From an uncultured delta proteobacterium (lineage in GTDB: Bacteria; Desulfobacterota; RBG-13-43-22): a DNA stretch of 64,000 nt. The notes below the pieces were generated by a model, which saw only the letters and a list, made by a program, of their open reading frames with translations, did not search any database and was not told the origin of the DNA. Location: positions 32,001 through 96,000 of the forward strand of contig CAWJJC010000005.1 in NCBI GenBank assembly GCA_963843145.1. Reading direction: 5' to 3'. The position numbers and the translations under genes are program-made. Every line of letters begins with the position of its first letter. The stretch's first letter is position 1. Below are positions 52,453-64,000 of the stretch, piece by piece.

Positions 52453-52475
52453 ACTAAGTCCTCCAGTCCCTGCGG

Positions 52476-54299
52476 CTAACGATAGGACCGGGCTTGCCTC
52501 TCAAAAAGGTCAGCGTAAACCCCCTGGCGTTTTACTAATTCTTCGTGAGTGCCGCCTTCGATGACCCTTCCGTGTTTCAGCACATAAATGCGGTCAGCCA
52601 GGCGGACATTGGAAAAACGATGACTGATCAGGATGGCGGTTCGACCGGACGCCAGTTGGCGAAACTTCTGAAAGACCTCATATTCCGCCTTCGCGTCCAT
52701 AGAGCTTGTCGGTTCGTCAAGGACAATGATCTGAGCATCGCGCACGAAGGCGCGGGCCAGGGCCACTTTCTGCCACTCCCCTATGCTAAGTTCCTCCCCG
52801 TCCTCGAACCACTTTCCCAGAATCGAATCATACCCATGAGGCAGCCCGCTGATGACGCCATCAGCCCCCGAGCGACGCGCAGCGGCGATGACCTGTTCAT
52901 CATCGGGCGGGAGGACCGTATTCCCAAGCCAGATATTCTCTCGGGCCGTCAGATGGTAGTGTACATAATCCTGAAAAATAATAGCGATTTCGTGTCGTAA
53001 CGCTTTGGTTTCAAACTGGGGTAGACCTATCCCGTCAATGGTAATGGTCCCGCCTGTAGGATCGTACAATCGACACAACAACTTGATCAAAGTCGTCTTG
53101 CCCGAGCCATTTTCCCCCACCAAAGCCACCATTTCTCCCGGCTGGATGGTGAGAGAAATATCCTCAAGAACCTTTCTCGTGCCTGCCGGATACTGAAAAC
53201 TTACATGGCTCAGCACGATACCGCGTTTCATCGGTTGGGGTACTGGGCTGGCCTGAACCGGTTCGACGACTGTCCGTTTTAGCGCCAGGAACTCATAAAG
53301 ATTGGAAAGGAACAGGTTGTCTTCATACAGGCCTGCCAGACTGCCCAATATCCCCTGAAGAGAACCCTGTACGCGCAGAAAGGCCTGATAATTCATCACC
53401 AGATCACCCAAGGTGATCTTCCCAGACGTAGCCTGATAAGCGAGATAAGAAAGCGACCCGTAGATAGCCGCGGTTGTAATGGTCTGGGCCGCCAAATCAG
53501 CGCTGGAACGCCTCCACATGATGTCCAGTCTTCCCTGGCGAAGTTTCCGGCGGGCCTCGCGAAACCGGCTTATGAACAGCGGTCCAAGGTCAAACAGGCG
53601 GATTTCCTTGGCGTGACTGCTGTTGGTGAGCATCCAACTGAGATAGCCGAATTGCCGTTCCGTGGAAGCCTGGTCATGTTGCCAGCGATACATCTTGCCG
53701 GTATATCTGAATCGCACGGCGGCGCCGGAAAAGACGGCAATGAACAGGATTGTCGCGATCATCCAATGAAAGGACAAGAGCAATCCTGCTATCGCCAGCA
53801 CCGAGATTCCGTTTTGACCAATCTGCGTTAAACCATTTACGATACTGATAGGCCGAAAGGGGGCCTCGTGTTGGGCGCGATGAAGGGTGTCAAGGTATTG
53901 CGAACTCTCGTAATACTCCAGATCAACCTCAACAGACTTGGCGAGGAGAACGTCATTCATGTGGTCCGTGACGATAAAAGCCTGCCAGGCACTGACCAGT
54001 CCCGCTGCCGAGCGCATCACAGAAGCAAACAGGGTCGCTGCACCCATCAAGCCAACGAGCAACAGCACCTGTCTGAGAACGACTCCTTTGTCAGGGGCCG
54101 CCACCCCTGCGGTCACGGCGTCGACCATGAGCTTCATGAGATAAAGGGGGAGTAACGACCATACCCCTTGGAGCAAAGTGAGAACCCCGTTCGCTAGGGT
54201 CAACCCTTTCGCGCTCTGCCAGACAAATCGTACGGCGCGACGAAGCTGCAGGGCGCGTTGAATTTTCTGCTTGAGCGCCGCCGCCCGTTCTTTAATCAT
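52476..54299 (-). CDS. ABC exporter (TMD+NBD, no C39 peptidase domain)
   Basis: AKEIRLF, GENGSGKTT, LSIGEWQKVALAR, LDEPT, SHR. Confidence 0.92.
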   Translation of the reverse strand: MIKERAAALKQKIQRALQLRRAVRFVWQSAKGLTLANGVLTLLQGVWSLLPLYLMKLMVDAVTAGVAAPDKGVVLRQVLLLVGLMGAATLFASVMRSAAGLVSAWQAFIVTDHMNDVLLAKSVEVDLEYYESSQYLDTLHRAQHEAPFRPISIVNGLTQIGQNGISVLAIAGLLLSFHWMIATILFIAVFSGAAVRFRYTGKMYRWQHDQASTERQFGYLSWMLTNSSHAKEIRLFDLGPLFISRFREARRKLRQGRLDIMWRRSSADLAAQTITTAAIYGSLSYLAYQATSGKITLGDLVMNYQAFLRVQGSLQGILGSLAGLYEDNLFLSNLYEFLALKRTVVEPVQASPVPQPMKRGIVLSHVSFQYPAGTRKVLEDISLTIQPGEMVALVGENGSGKTTLIKLLCRLYDPTGGTITIDGIGLPQFETKALRHEIAIIFQDYVHYHLTARENIWLGNTVLPPDDEQVIAAARRSGADGVISGLPHGYDSILGKWFEDGEELSIGEWQKVALARAFVRDAQIIVLDEPTSSMDAKAEYEVFQKFRQLASGRTAILISHRFSNVRLADRIYVLKHGRVIEGGTHEELVKRQGVYADLFERQARSYR

Positions 54300-54335
54300 T
54301 GCCAGGGATCATCCAGCCTTCTGCGGCTTTGATTC

Positions 54336-55922
54336 TTACGCATTCTTACTGATCGTTTCCTGCGTTTCCTCACCGGAGCCTTTTTCAATCGCCTGTTCGA
54401 TCACCTGCCAGAAAGCGCCGGTCAGACTGATGTGAAGCACGTGTGCGGGTATGACCCGGACCAAGGCGCAAAGGTTAAAAAACCGTTCCCGATGCAGAAT
54501 GCGGATTTCCTCTCTGTGCAGGCCCTTGGCCATGAACGATGAGACCTGTCCCACGCACTCCCCGAGCAGGCTGACCGCCTGACCCGGGCCTATTCGTTCC
54601 GCCCGGTCTTCAGCCGCCCGGGCCAGGCAGAAGATGCCCTTAAGCGGCACAGCCTTTTGCACCTCCCAGGCGCCGCCCGGCCCTCCGTCCTGGAAACGGC
54701 TCCAGGTGGGCCAGGGGTGGGCCCAGTAGTTTCCTTGCGGATTTCGTACCACCAGCGTGGTATCGTCGCACAGCGAGCGCCACGGGGCCGGGAGCCGGTT
54801 GCTGGCCGTGGTCTTTCCCGTCCCGCCCGGCGCGGCCAGGATCACTCCCCCGCCGTTCCATTCAGCGAGCGCACCGTGTATGAGGACTCCTCCGCGGGCC
54901 TGCGCCTGGCGAGCCAGGACGAGCGATATTCTCACAAGATTACTGTGCGCCTCCTTAGAGCGATCGCCAGGATTAAGATTGCAGACCACAACGCCGTCTT
55001 TTTTTGATGCCGAGGAGACATAACCATTCGCCACGGACGGGTGCGCGTCAACCCGAACGAGAAGTCGGCACAGATGGTCGTCAAGGGAAGGCTCGATCGC
55101 GCCCGAGGTCGTGCGTAACTGCATCGCGCATCCCAATTGGGCAACGCGGGGGGCAGCCTCCTCGTCCCCGGCCTCAATTACCCAACGGCTTCCATCAGCC
55201 AGCACGAGGTCAGACCACACTCCCTGCGACCGCAGAGGGTTCCTCGTTCGTTGCCGTTCAAAAAAAACTTGCCGGTTCGATCGGTCCTTATCCTGCTGCC
55301 CGGGAAGCGCCTGGCCATCCACAAACAAGTGAAATGGCCGTTGGATCTGCCATTGATGTTTGTAGTTATCGTAACGCCCGATGATACGTTGGCCCAGCAA
55401 AAGTTGAAAATGATCACGGCCTCGGGCGTGGAAGACGACGACTCGCGGCCGGAAGGGAGCAGGCAACAACCGGGCGATCACCCCCCAGTGAGAAAGAGCA
55501 CGATAGGAGGGATGCAGCAGAGGAGACAGCCTACGGTCAAAGAGACGTCGCCAACGAATCCAGCGGCTTGTCAACCGGCCCTGTACCCCGCCTGCGATCT
55601 TCCGCCGTTTCTGACCACGCCAGGCGGCCACTACCTGGCCTTTAATACTCTTCGACTGCAAGAGAAAAGCATCCTCGTGGGAGTTGTTGTCCCCAAGAGT
55701 GGATAGTCCTGCGGGGGTCACGCGTATAATACGGTGTACGACCGGCTGATCAGACTCCGGTGACAGAAAAAAGGCCACATCGCCAACGCGCAAGGGCCTG
55801 CCGTCATAAGGACTGATCTCCATGATCTCCGGCTCGCGCAGAGTCGGATTCATGGAGGGGCCGACATAAGCAGCGAAGAACGGGGCCCCGGAGATATTCC
55901 CGTTATTTTTCTTTAACGGCAT
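54336..55922 (-). CDS. scmC: S24/S26 peptidase fused to SynChlorMet ScmC (HprK-like P-loop kinase)
   Basis: N-terminal GPSMNPTL...VVHRII...TLGDNN; C-terminal LIHGAL...APGGTGKTT...LCDD...AHPWPTWS. Confidence 0.75.
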   Translation of the reverse strand: MPLKKNNGNISGAPFFAAYVGPSMNPTLREPEIMEISPYDGRPLRVGDVAFFLSPESDQPVVHRIIRVTPAGLSTLGDNNSHEDAFLLQSKSIKGQVVAAWRGQKRRKIAGGVQGRLTSRWIRWRRLFDRRLSPLLHPSYRALSHWGVIARLLPAPFRPRVVVFHARGRDHFQLLLGQRIIGRYDNYKHQWQIQRPFHLFVDGQALPGQQDKDRSNRQVFFERQRTRNPLRSQGVWSDLVLADGSRWVIEAGDEEAAPRVAQLGCAMQLRTTSGAIEPSLDDHLCRLLVRVDAHPSVANGYVSSASKKDGVVVCNLNPGDRSKEAHSNLVRISLVLARQAQARGGVLIHGALAEWNGGGVILAAPGGTGKTTASNRLPAPWRSLCDDTTLVVRNPQGNYWAHPWPTWSRFQDGGPGGAWEVQKAVPLKGIFCLARAAEDRAERIGPGQAVSLLGECVGQVSSFMAKGLHREEIRILHRERFFNLCALVRVIPAHVLHISLTGAFWQVIEQAIEKGSGEETQETISKNA

Positions 55923-57066
55923 GGCCGAGAGTGACCGGTGGAGACTGTTTGGGGCTTGTTGTCAGACGTGAAGTTGGAAAGAGTCCCGCTTCTTCTGCCT
56001 GTTCACAGAACCAGTATGGCGCCCACAGGCTTCCTTTGCTGTAGTAGTTCTGAGCAACGCAAGAGCCCAGGCAGCGCTGCTTCATCAGGCAGCGGCCGCA
56101 GACCCCTTCCAGTCGCTCGGGCATTCCCTCCCGCAGCGCTTTTAAAATGGCGTTTTCCCGCCAGACCCCTTCCAAAAGGTCCTTCCCCACCTCGCCGAAG
56201 ACCAGCTCCGGAACCTGTTCGCCGATACCGCACAGGGCATAGTGTCCGCTGGCGATGACGCCCAGGATGCCGAAGATTCCGCAGGCACTACACCCCTCCC
56301 CTCTGGCGATGCTGTGGAGCGCTTTAAAGGCCTGGGGGTGATGAAAAAAGATCTTCAACTTGGTTTTTGGCGCCAGTTCCTGTTCCAAATGCCGTCCCAA
56401 GGCGATGAGGTCGGCGACGTTCAGGTTCTCCTGGTTTTCATGCAACTTCTCACCTCGTGCGGTGGGCTGCACCACGTTGAACTTGAGTGAGGCCGCACCC
56501 AGTTCCTCGACCATTGGCACCATAGCGTCCACTTGAGGAGCATTGCTGCGCATCACCGTGAAAATCACCTGCGGCCTGGTGCCGGCGGCCACAAGGTTGC
56601 GCACCGCCTGTCGGGCCGCTTCAAAGGCTCCCGGTACCCCGCGTATCCATTCGTGGGTCGCTGCATCCGTTCCGTCGAGACTTACGGATACGAATCGGTT
56701 GGGAGATTTGGCGATCTCAGCGGCGATCTCCGGCGTGCACAGCAGGCCATTGGTCTCGATGATCACCTTTAACTCTTCACGCCGGACAATCTCCAGCAAA
56801 CGCGTGAAGTGGGGATGCAACAACGGTTCGCCACCGGTAAGTTTGACACCACTCAGCCCCAGCGGCTTGGCTTCGCGGATGGCCGTCTCGAACAACTCCA
56901 CCGGCAGGGGGGGATAATGGTTGCCTGCGGGGTCGAACCGGGGACCCATCCAACAATGGCGGCAGGCCAGGTTACACCCTCCGGTCAAATAGAAATACAA
57001 CGTGTTGATCGTGGGCATTCCAGTCCGTCCCGCCTTCTGCTGTTTCATGCCGCTCGGCAGGCTCAT
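55903..57066 (-). CDS. scmF: radical SAM/SPASM maturase (ScmF-like)
   Basis: LYFYLTGGCNLACRHCW, TGGEPL, CGIFGILG...ALCGIG, CGRC...CLGSCVA...C. Confidence 0.8.
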   Translation of the reverse strand: MSLPSGMKQQKAGRTGMPTINTLYFYLTGGCNLACRHCWMGPRFDPAGNHYPPLPVELFETAIREAKPLGLSGVKLTGGEPLLHPHFTRLLEIVRREELKVIIETNGLLCTPEIAAEIAKSPNRFVSVSLDGTDAATHEWIRGVPGAFEAARQAVRNLVAAGTRPQVIFTVMRSNAPQVDAMVPMVEELGAASLKFNVVQPTARGEKLHENQENLNVADLIALGRHLEQELAPKTKLKIFFHHPQAFKALHSIARGEGCSACGIFGILGVIASGHYALCGIGEQVPELVFGEVGKDLLEGVWRENAILKALREGMPERLEGVCGRCLMKQRCLGSCVAQNYYSKGSLWAPYWFCEQAEEAGLFPTSRLTTSPKQSPPVTLGHAVKEK

Positions 57067-58193
57067 GGAATCGTGCTCCCCTCCTCAAGAAAGCGTCGCA
57101 AACAGGCATCCGGACTGGGATGGTCAACTAAGCCTGTTAGGGCGTAGGCCAATCCGGGACAGTTGCCTGTGCAATAGGGGATATAGGAACAGCCGGCGCA
57201 CCACTCAAACCCGGCCAGCGGGATCGTATGTCGGTTGCGGAGTTGGTTCAGAGCCGGGCTGTTTTGCCATATTTCTGCCAGAGAATCATGATTGATGCGC
57301 CCCAATTCGACATGAGCTAACAGGTTGCAGGGAACGATTGCGCCATCGGCGCGCACGGAGATCTTGTTGCTCGGGCAGCCGCAGGCGGTGAGGCGGCCCC
57401 CATGGGGAAAGGCCGGCTGGCCCTGTGCCCGGGCCTCTTCCATCCGGCGCCACATGCGCCCTTCAGCCAATGGACCGGCGTTGGCCGAGATGCGTCCGTT
57501 GTATTTCTCCGCGAGGCGCAACAAGGTCGCTATGGCTGTCTGCCGATCCTGCTTGTTCAGCAGCACATCTTCCGCGTTCAGGCAGCAACTGCCCAGATAC
57601 CCCGCAGCGTTGGTCCCAAAATCCGTCAGGCCCAGCTCGTCCAGAATGAAGTGAGCGATGCTCTCCAGATCATGCACGTTATTCCGATGAATGGTGACAC
57701 GCACGGCCACGCTGATCCGATGGCGCTGCAGGGTACGGATGCCGCGTATCGCGCCGTCAAAAGAGCCTTGCCCGCGACAGGAGTCGTGGACTTCTGCGCA
57801 GGAACCATCCACCGATACCTGGACATACTCGCAGCGCCCTGTGCGGGCGATGAAGGCGGCGATCTCATCGCCTATCAGCGCGCCATTGGACAACAGGGAG
57901 AAGCGCATCCGATTGCGAACGATACCCTCAAGGAGTACGGGCAGGTCCTCCCGGATAAACGGCTCTCCGCCGGCCAGGATGACTTTCATCACGCCGAGCG
58001 ACCCCAGTTCGTCGAAAAACTTGAGCCACTCGTCCGCAGGCAGGTCTCGATAAATGACAGCCGGATTGTTGAAGAAGTAACAGTAACGGCAGCGCAGATT
58101 GCAGCGGGCGGTGATTTCCATGATCAGGCTGCGCGGGGTACGCATCACCCTTGACGCGGTGGGTTCTATCTTGTTCTTGAGTTCCTCAGGCAT
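57063..58193 (-). CDS. scmE: radical SAM/SPASM maturase (ScmE-like)
   Basis: VMRTPRS, CNLRCRYC, GGEPF, LTACGC...DGAIVPC, CAGCSYIPYCTGNCP, PSPDACL. Confidence 0.82.
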   Translation of the reverse strand: MPEELKNKIEPTASRVMRTPRSLIMEITARCNLRCRYCYFFNNPAVIYRDLPADEWLKFFDELGSLGVMKVILAGGEPFIREDLPVLLEGIVRNRMRFSLLSNGALIGDEIAAFIARTGRCEYVQVSVDGSCAEVHDSCRGQGSFDGAIRGIRTLQRHRISVAVRVTIHRNNVHDLESIAHFILDELGLTDFGTNAAGYLGSCCLNAEDVLLNKQDRQTAIATLLRLAEKYNGRISANAGPLAEGRMWRRMEEARAQGQPAFPHGGRLTACGCPSNKISVRADGAIVPCNLLAHVELGRINHDSLAEIWQNSPALNQLRNRHTIPLAGFEWCAGCSYIPYCTGNCPGLAYALTGLVDHPSPDACLRRFLEEGSTIP

Positions 58194-58486
58194 CCGTCAT
58201 TCTTCTCTCCAGTTCCAGCCCCACAAACCCGTTTTCAAGCAGCGTGTCAACGAAGGCGGCGATCTCTTGCGAAGGCCGCCTCCGGAGTTTCTTCAAATTT
58301 GTTTTTGATCTCCGTCACGATATCCTCGATGCTTCTCTTGCCGTCCATCCGTTTCCATACCGCTACACCGACAGGATTGGTTCCCACGGCATCAGCCGTA
58401 TCGGGATTGAAGAGTACGGCCCAGTCGTCGAACTCCTCCCGGAGCACAACGATGGGATTGGCAATCGGTTTATCCGTTTTTTTCAT
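58186..58486 (-). CDS. scmD: PqqD-family RiPP recognition element (ScmD-like); +1 frameshift near 58270
   Basis: ANPIVVLREEFDDWAVLFNPDT..NPVG..VWKRMDG; shifted frame QEIAAFVDTLLENGF, with its stop overlapping the scmE start. Confidence 0.85.
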
Positions 58487-58551
58487 GGATCATTTCCTCT
58501 ATTTATTACCTTAGTGGCAACGAAGCCGCCTGAAATCCCGTCAAAGACATG

Positions 58552-59857
<1,306 letters not shown>

Positions 59858-61261
59858 AAAATCTGCGGATGTAAAAAAATCTTGCGAAAATAGGCGGCCG
59901 CTACGGGAATTGCCAGGATCAATATCGAAATGGGCAAAATATACATCCGCGCGCATTCGGGTCGATTGGGTTTACTCCAAAAATACATAGTGTTTATAAA
60001 AAACATGCCCGCCCCGATCATCGCAATATAAATAAACGCAATTCGACCCTCAGCCGTTAGCTTTGATTGTTTAGAGACAAGTTGAAAGATCAGAAACGCA
60101 ACTGCCGGCAACGACAAAGCCAGCAGCGCGGTAGGATAGGAGTAGAACCAACCACCATCAGACAATACAGAGCGCCAGGCCTCTAAGTTTGGGATAATGA
60201 ACCGTGGGTGGAAAACATGATCGGTCCACTGCTCCGAAGTACGACTCACCACGAATAGCTGCACAAGGGATGGCGAAATCAAAAGAGGGCTTAGCCCAAA
60301 GAAAAGATTTCTAGATAAATCTGCACCACGTAACTTCTGAAAGGCGAGCAACAGAAGGAACAAGAATGGGGGGATTAACAGCCCCTCGCTTCTACTGAGT
60401 CCTATAAGGAGCGCGGTCAGCCATAAGACGTTAAACAATGGTGTCGAAGGTTTGCTTAAAAACGCGACCAATAGGGCGATGGACATAGCGAACAACGTCA
60501 GAAAAAGCGGCTCAGTGCCACCGGACGTCTCGGATTGGAGGAGACAAGGAATCGAAAAAACAAGGAACACCCCGCTGATTCCCCAGATTCGCCCGTACTT
60601 CAGGCCAAATAAGAGATATACCGTCGCGGCGGAGACGAAAAAAAGAAGAAAATTGAGAAGAAACGAGTTCCAATAGTGATAACCCGTCAAGATATGAAGG
60701 ACCTGAACCAGGAAAGGGAACAATGGCGGCCGACGATCGAAGGAGAAAACCTCGGGGTTCAAATGATTGAAAAAATAACGGCCAATCTCTGGAACTGCAA
60801 AAATTTTTCTGAAAGCGAAGGACCAAGAAACCCCCACGAAATTTGTCTCATCGCTCAAAACCTTGAATTCGGGGGGGCTGACCCAAAAATATCCGCAAAC
60901 CAGAACAAAGATGAGCAACAGGCTCCAGTAGTGGTCCTTCAAGAAAACTGTCAGGGAAAAATTCAGATGACGGGCCGCCCGGTACGCAGAGACGCACCAA
61001 AAAAGAACAGCGGTAAGAGTCAGATAATAAGAGGCGGACCTAAGAAAAATTGGACGGAATGCGGGTACCCATATCAATGCAAAAAATATAGCAGCTTGCG
61101 GAAAAAATAGCCACCATGTCTGCCATCTCAGAATAGCCATAAATTCCCCACAGAGAATCTTTGACACGAACTTGCCTATCCTTGGAGAGAATATAGGGCA
61201 AGGAAAAGGTTGGGTCAAGGAGAAAAAAGTCTGGGAAACAGGAAGAAGTAAGGATTCTTCA

Positions 61262-61535
61262 AAATAGATCTTTTGAATCAGCCGAGCCCAATTTCGGTTG
61301 GGTATAGCGTTCTCCTCTGGTTCTATGGTACAGGGGATGGGTGCATCCTTATTTTCCTTTTGACGAAGCCCCCCGAGAGACATTACTATAAAAACCATAG
61401 TTTCGTGCCATTTGTTCTCTCTGATCGGAGAGATGAGCGGTCAAGGCGGCCAGCCGATCTAAGGCGTCGAAGATTTTTTCTTGTCGATTGTCTTTGGGGT
61501 GGTAGATGATCCGGGACTCTTCCGGGGATAGGTCA
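61262..61535 (-). pseudogene. IS91-like (Y2 HUH) transposase C-terminal remnant
   Basis: IFDALDRLAALTAHLSDQREQMARNYGFYSNVSRG and, frameshifted, NWARLIQKIY. Confidence 0.65.
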
Positions 61536-61556
61536 TTCGTTCTTGAAAGAGGCATC

Positions 61557-63023
61557 ATGATTAATAAGACAACAGAAGCAAGGCAGATAGACTCAACCGC
61601 CCGGCGTTATCAGCAGGATCGTGTTTTCCATTGGAATATGGTCTCTCGGAAACTGGACCGATGGAAAGGAATGGGGGGATTTTATCAGAATCAGCTAATT
61701 CACTATTATACTCTGATGGTTCCACCCGGTTTACGGGTTCTTGAAATAGGCTGTGCCGGCGGCAAATTATTAGCTGCGTTGAAACCTGCCAAGGGAGTTG
61801 GTGTGGATTTCTCGGAAGAGATGGTAAAGAAGGCCTCCCAAAGATATTCCGGGCTTCGTTTTATCCAGGCCGATGCCCATGAATTATCATTGGATGAACA
61901 ATTTGATATCATAATACTTTCCGATCTCGTCAATGATCTCTGGGATGTCCAAATGGTCTTAGAACGGCTTAAACCCCTGACTCATCCCAAGACGCGCTTG
62001 ATCCTCAATACATATAACCGACTTTGGGAGATCCCGCTGGCCTTAACTCAAATGCTGGGTCTTAGCAATCCCAAATTAAGTCAGAACTGGTTAACCGTCG
62101 AGGATATTGTCAACCTGTTTCTATTGACAGGGTTTGAGATGGTTCAGCACCGGCAAGAGATCCTCTTGCCCTTGAGGATTCCTTTCTTAGCGGGATTGGC
62201 CAACCGCTTTCTGGTAAAATTGTGGCCTTTTTACTTTGCCGCCCTGACCCACTTCATCGTAGCCCGGCCGACAGAGGTTCCCAGGCAGCAGAACTGCTCG
62301 AAGGCCCCGTTAGTATCGGTGATCGTCCCAGCCCGGAATGAATCAGGTAACATTAAGGAAATCTTTGAACGTACACCCGAGATGGGCCAAGGGACTGAAC
62401 TGATATTTGTGGAAGGGCATTCCAAAGATGATACCTATGAAGCCATTGAGCGGATCAGGATTGAATTTCCAAATCGACATTGTAAAGTATTCAGACAAAC
62501 AGGGGAAGGAAAGGGTGATGCCGTCCGATTGGGTTTTGCTGAAGCCAGCGGCCAGATTCTAATGATCCTGGATGCGGACTTAACCGTTCCTCCGGAAACT
62601 CTGCCTCGATTCTATGACATCCTGGTTTCCGGAAAGGGAGAATTTGTCAACGGGGTACGCTTGGTTTACCCCATGGAAGATCAAGCCATGCGTTTCTTTA
62701 ATATCGTCGGAAACAAGTTTTTTAGCCTAGCCTTCTCCTGGCTCCTTGGCCAACCGATCAAGGACACCCTGTGTGGAACCAAGGTTATTTGGAAAAAAGA
62801 CTATGAGCAGATTGCTGCCAACCGTTCCTTCTTCGGCGACTTTGATCCCTTCGGGGATTTTGATCTCCTGTTCGGGGCGGCCAGGCTGAATATGAAAATT
62901 GTTGATTTGCCTATTCGATACCGGGAGCGTCGATACGGCACGACCAATATAAATCGTTTGAGCCATGGATGGTTGCTGCTCCGCATGGTCTTGTTTGCCG
63001 CCAAACGGATGAAGTTCGTTTGA
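61557..63023 (+). CDS. class I SAM methyltransferase - GT2 (polyprenol-phosphate glycosyltransferase-like) fusion
   Basis: VLEIGCAGG, GVDFS; VIVPARNE, VEGHSKD, GKGDAV, LDADL, DTLCGTK. Confidence 0.85.
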   Translation: MINKTTEARQIDSTARRYQQDRVFHWNMVSRKLDRWKGMGGFYQNQLIHYYTLMVPPGLRVLEIGCAGGKLLAALKPAKGVGVDFSEEMVKKASQRYSGLRFIQADAHELSLDEQFDIIILSDLVNDLWDVQMVLERLKPLTHPKTRLILNTYNRLWEIPLALTQMLGLSNPKLSQNWLTVEDIVNLFLLTGFEMVQHRQEILLPLRIPFLAGLANRFLVKLWPFYFAALTHFIVARPTEVPRQQNCSKAPLVSVIVPARNESGNIKEIFERTPEMGQGTELIFVEGHSKDDTYEAIERIRIEFPNRHCKVFRQTGEGKGDAVRLGFAEASGQILMILDADLTVPPETLPRFYDILVSGKGEFVNGVRLVYPMEDQAMRFFNIVGNKFFSLAFSWLLGQPIKDTLCGTKVIWKKDYEQIAANRSFFGDFDPFGDFDLLFGAARLNMKIVDLPIRYRERRYGTTNINRLSHGWLLLRMVLFAAKRMKFV

Positions 63024-63055
63024 TTGTCGAAAAATTCAAATAAGGGCTAGTACAC

Positions 63056-63838
63056 ATGTTAAAAACCCTTTTCAGCCATCCATTGGCCCTTAATCTGGAG
63101 ATAGACGCTCCCGAAACCACTATTATGCACAGACGCATCATTCTGGAGAAACCTTTTCTTAAAAAGATTTATCAGGAATGGTATGCCTGGCTCGCCGCCG
63201 CTTTGCAGGATACTCCCACGGGACCGGTTACGGAATTGGGATCCGGAGGGGGGTTTTTGAAGGAGTTTCTTCCCCACCTGATCGCTTCGGAAATTTTTTT
63301 TACACCTTATGTGGATGCTGTTTTCGATGCCCAACAGCTACCATTTGCCAGTTCTTCATTGAAAGGAATATTAATGACCAATGTCTTTCATCACCTGCCT
63401 CGCCCAAAGGCCTTCTTCGCCGAGGCGGCCCGTTGTGTGCGACCTGGTGGGGTAATTGCCATGCTTGAACCCTGGGTTACCCCCTGGTCCTGTCTGGTTT
63501 ATAAACGTTTTCACCATGAGCCTTTTGACCCTAAGGTCCGGGAATGGGGATTTACACCCATCGGCCGGCTTTCCGGCGCAAACGACGCTTTGGCTTGGAT
63601 TGTCTTTCAGAGGGATAGGAAACAGTTTGATAGGGAATTTCCTCAATGGCGGATCAAGATCGTCCATCCCTGTACGCCCTTTTGTTACTTGCTTTCCGGG
63701 GGTGTAAGCCTGCGCAGCCTTATGCCTTCATGGTCCTTCAGGTTTTGGAAGAGGCTGGAGACCTGGCTAAATCCTTGGATGAAGAATTGGGCTATGTTTG
63801 CCGGAATCGTCCTCGTCCGTCAGGGGTATAAGGCCTGA
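63056..63838 (+). CDS. class I SAM-dependent methyltransferase
   Basis: ELGSGGG, DAQQLPF, NVFHHL, RPGG. Confidence 0.85.
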   Translation: MLKTLFSHPLALNLEIDAPETTIMHRRIILEKPFLKKIYQEWYAWLAAALQDTPTGPVTELGSGGGFLKEFLPHLIASEIFFTPYVDAVFDAQQLPFASSSLKGILMTNVFHHLPRPKAFFAEAARCVRPGGVIAMLEPWVTPWSCLVYKRFHHEPFDPKVREWGFTPIGRLSGANDALAWIVFQRDRKQFDREFPQWRIKIVHPCTPFCYLLSGGVSLRSLMPSWSFRFWKRLETWLNPWMKNWAMFAGIVLVRQGYKA

Positions 63839-64000
63839 AAAATCAAATTTCCGTTTAGTCTCCCGGATCCGCTCGTCGGTCGTCTTAACGGTCTCCCGTA
63901 CTTGACGCAGTCTGTCCACCATCACCCTCCGGTTGCCCGCTAGCCCAACTTCCGCATTTTCAGATTAAGGAATTAGTAAATTCAGCGAGTTACCGATTAT

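Noticed and set aside
61141-61398. N-terminal 86 aa of the 652-aa ORF
   Set aside because: Contains the transposase-remnant motif WARLIQKIY and intergenic sequence; the real start is more likely ATG 61140.
63839-64000. Short minus-strand reading MVDRLRQVRETVKTTDERIRETKR
   Set aside because: Too short and at the window edge; no supportable assignment.

Overview
GC-rich bacterial window with a Desulfobacterota/deltaproteobacteria-like gene content (taxonomy inferred, not proven). It has four blocks. (1) 1-9.2 kb: intact housekeeping genes on the minus strand (pfkA, comEA, ferredoxin, core MetE-like, cimA, lysC, tsaE, CBS, nnr, acpS) with palindromic intergenic repeats. (2) 9.5-30.6 kb: a copper/heavy-metal island (Hanks kinase-FGE fusion, multicopper oxidase-beta-barrel fusion, DsbA/MauE, Met/Gly-rich periplasmic proteins, P1B Cu-ATPase, histidine kinase, HMA protein, diheme cytochrome c, cusCBA, FixH-like). 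It carries many frameshifts and two sigma54 promoters that share a paired upstream activator motif. (3) 30.7-49 kb: rlmB-gmk-remA-yicC, ugd and an LPS core/O-antigen ligase operon with an inserted PIN toxin-antitoxin pair. (4) 49-64 kb: the highlight, a SynChlorMet-type radical-SAM RiPP cassette (PqqD/RRE, two rSAM-SPASM enzymes, an S26 peptidase-HprK-like kinase fusion, an ABC exporter, a nucleotidyltransferase). Two copies of a Cys-rich (CxxG) precursor bracket it, and each core is split by a very long (Thr-Gly)n tract (31 vs about 53 dipeptides). The cassette lies between HUH-transposase remnants and next to glycosyl- and methyltransferase genes. All calls come from motif reading; no database search was run. 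Many single-base frameshifts may be sequencing errors.
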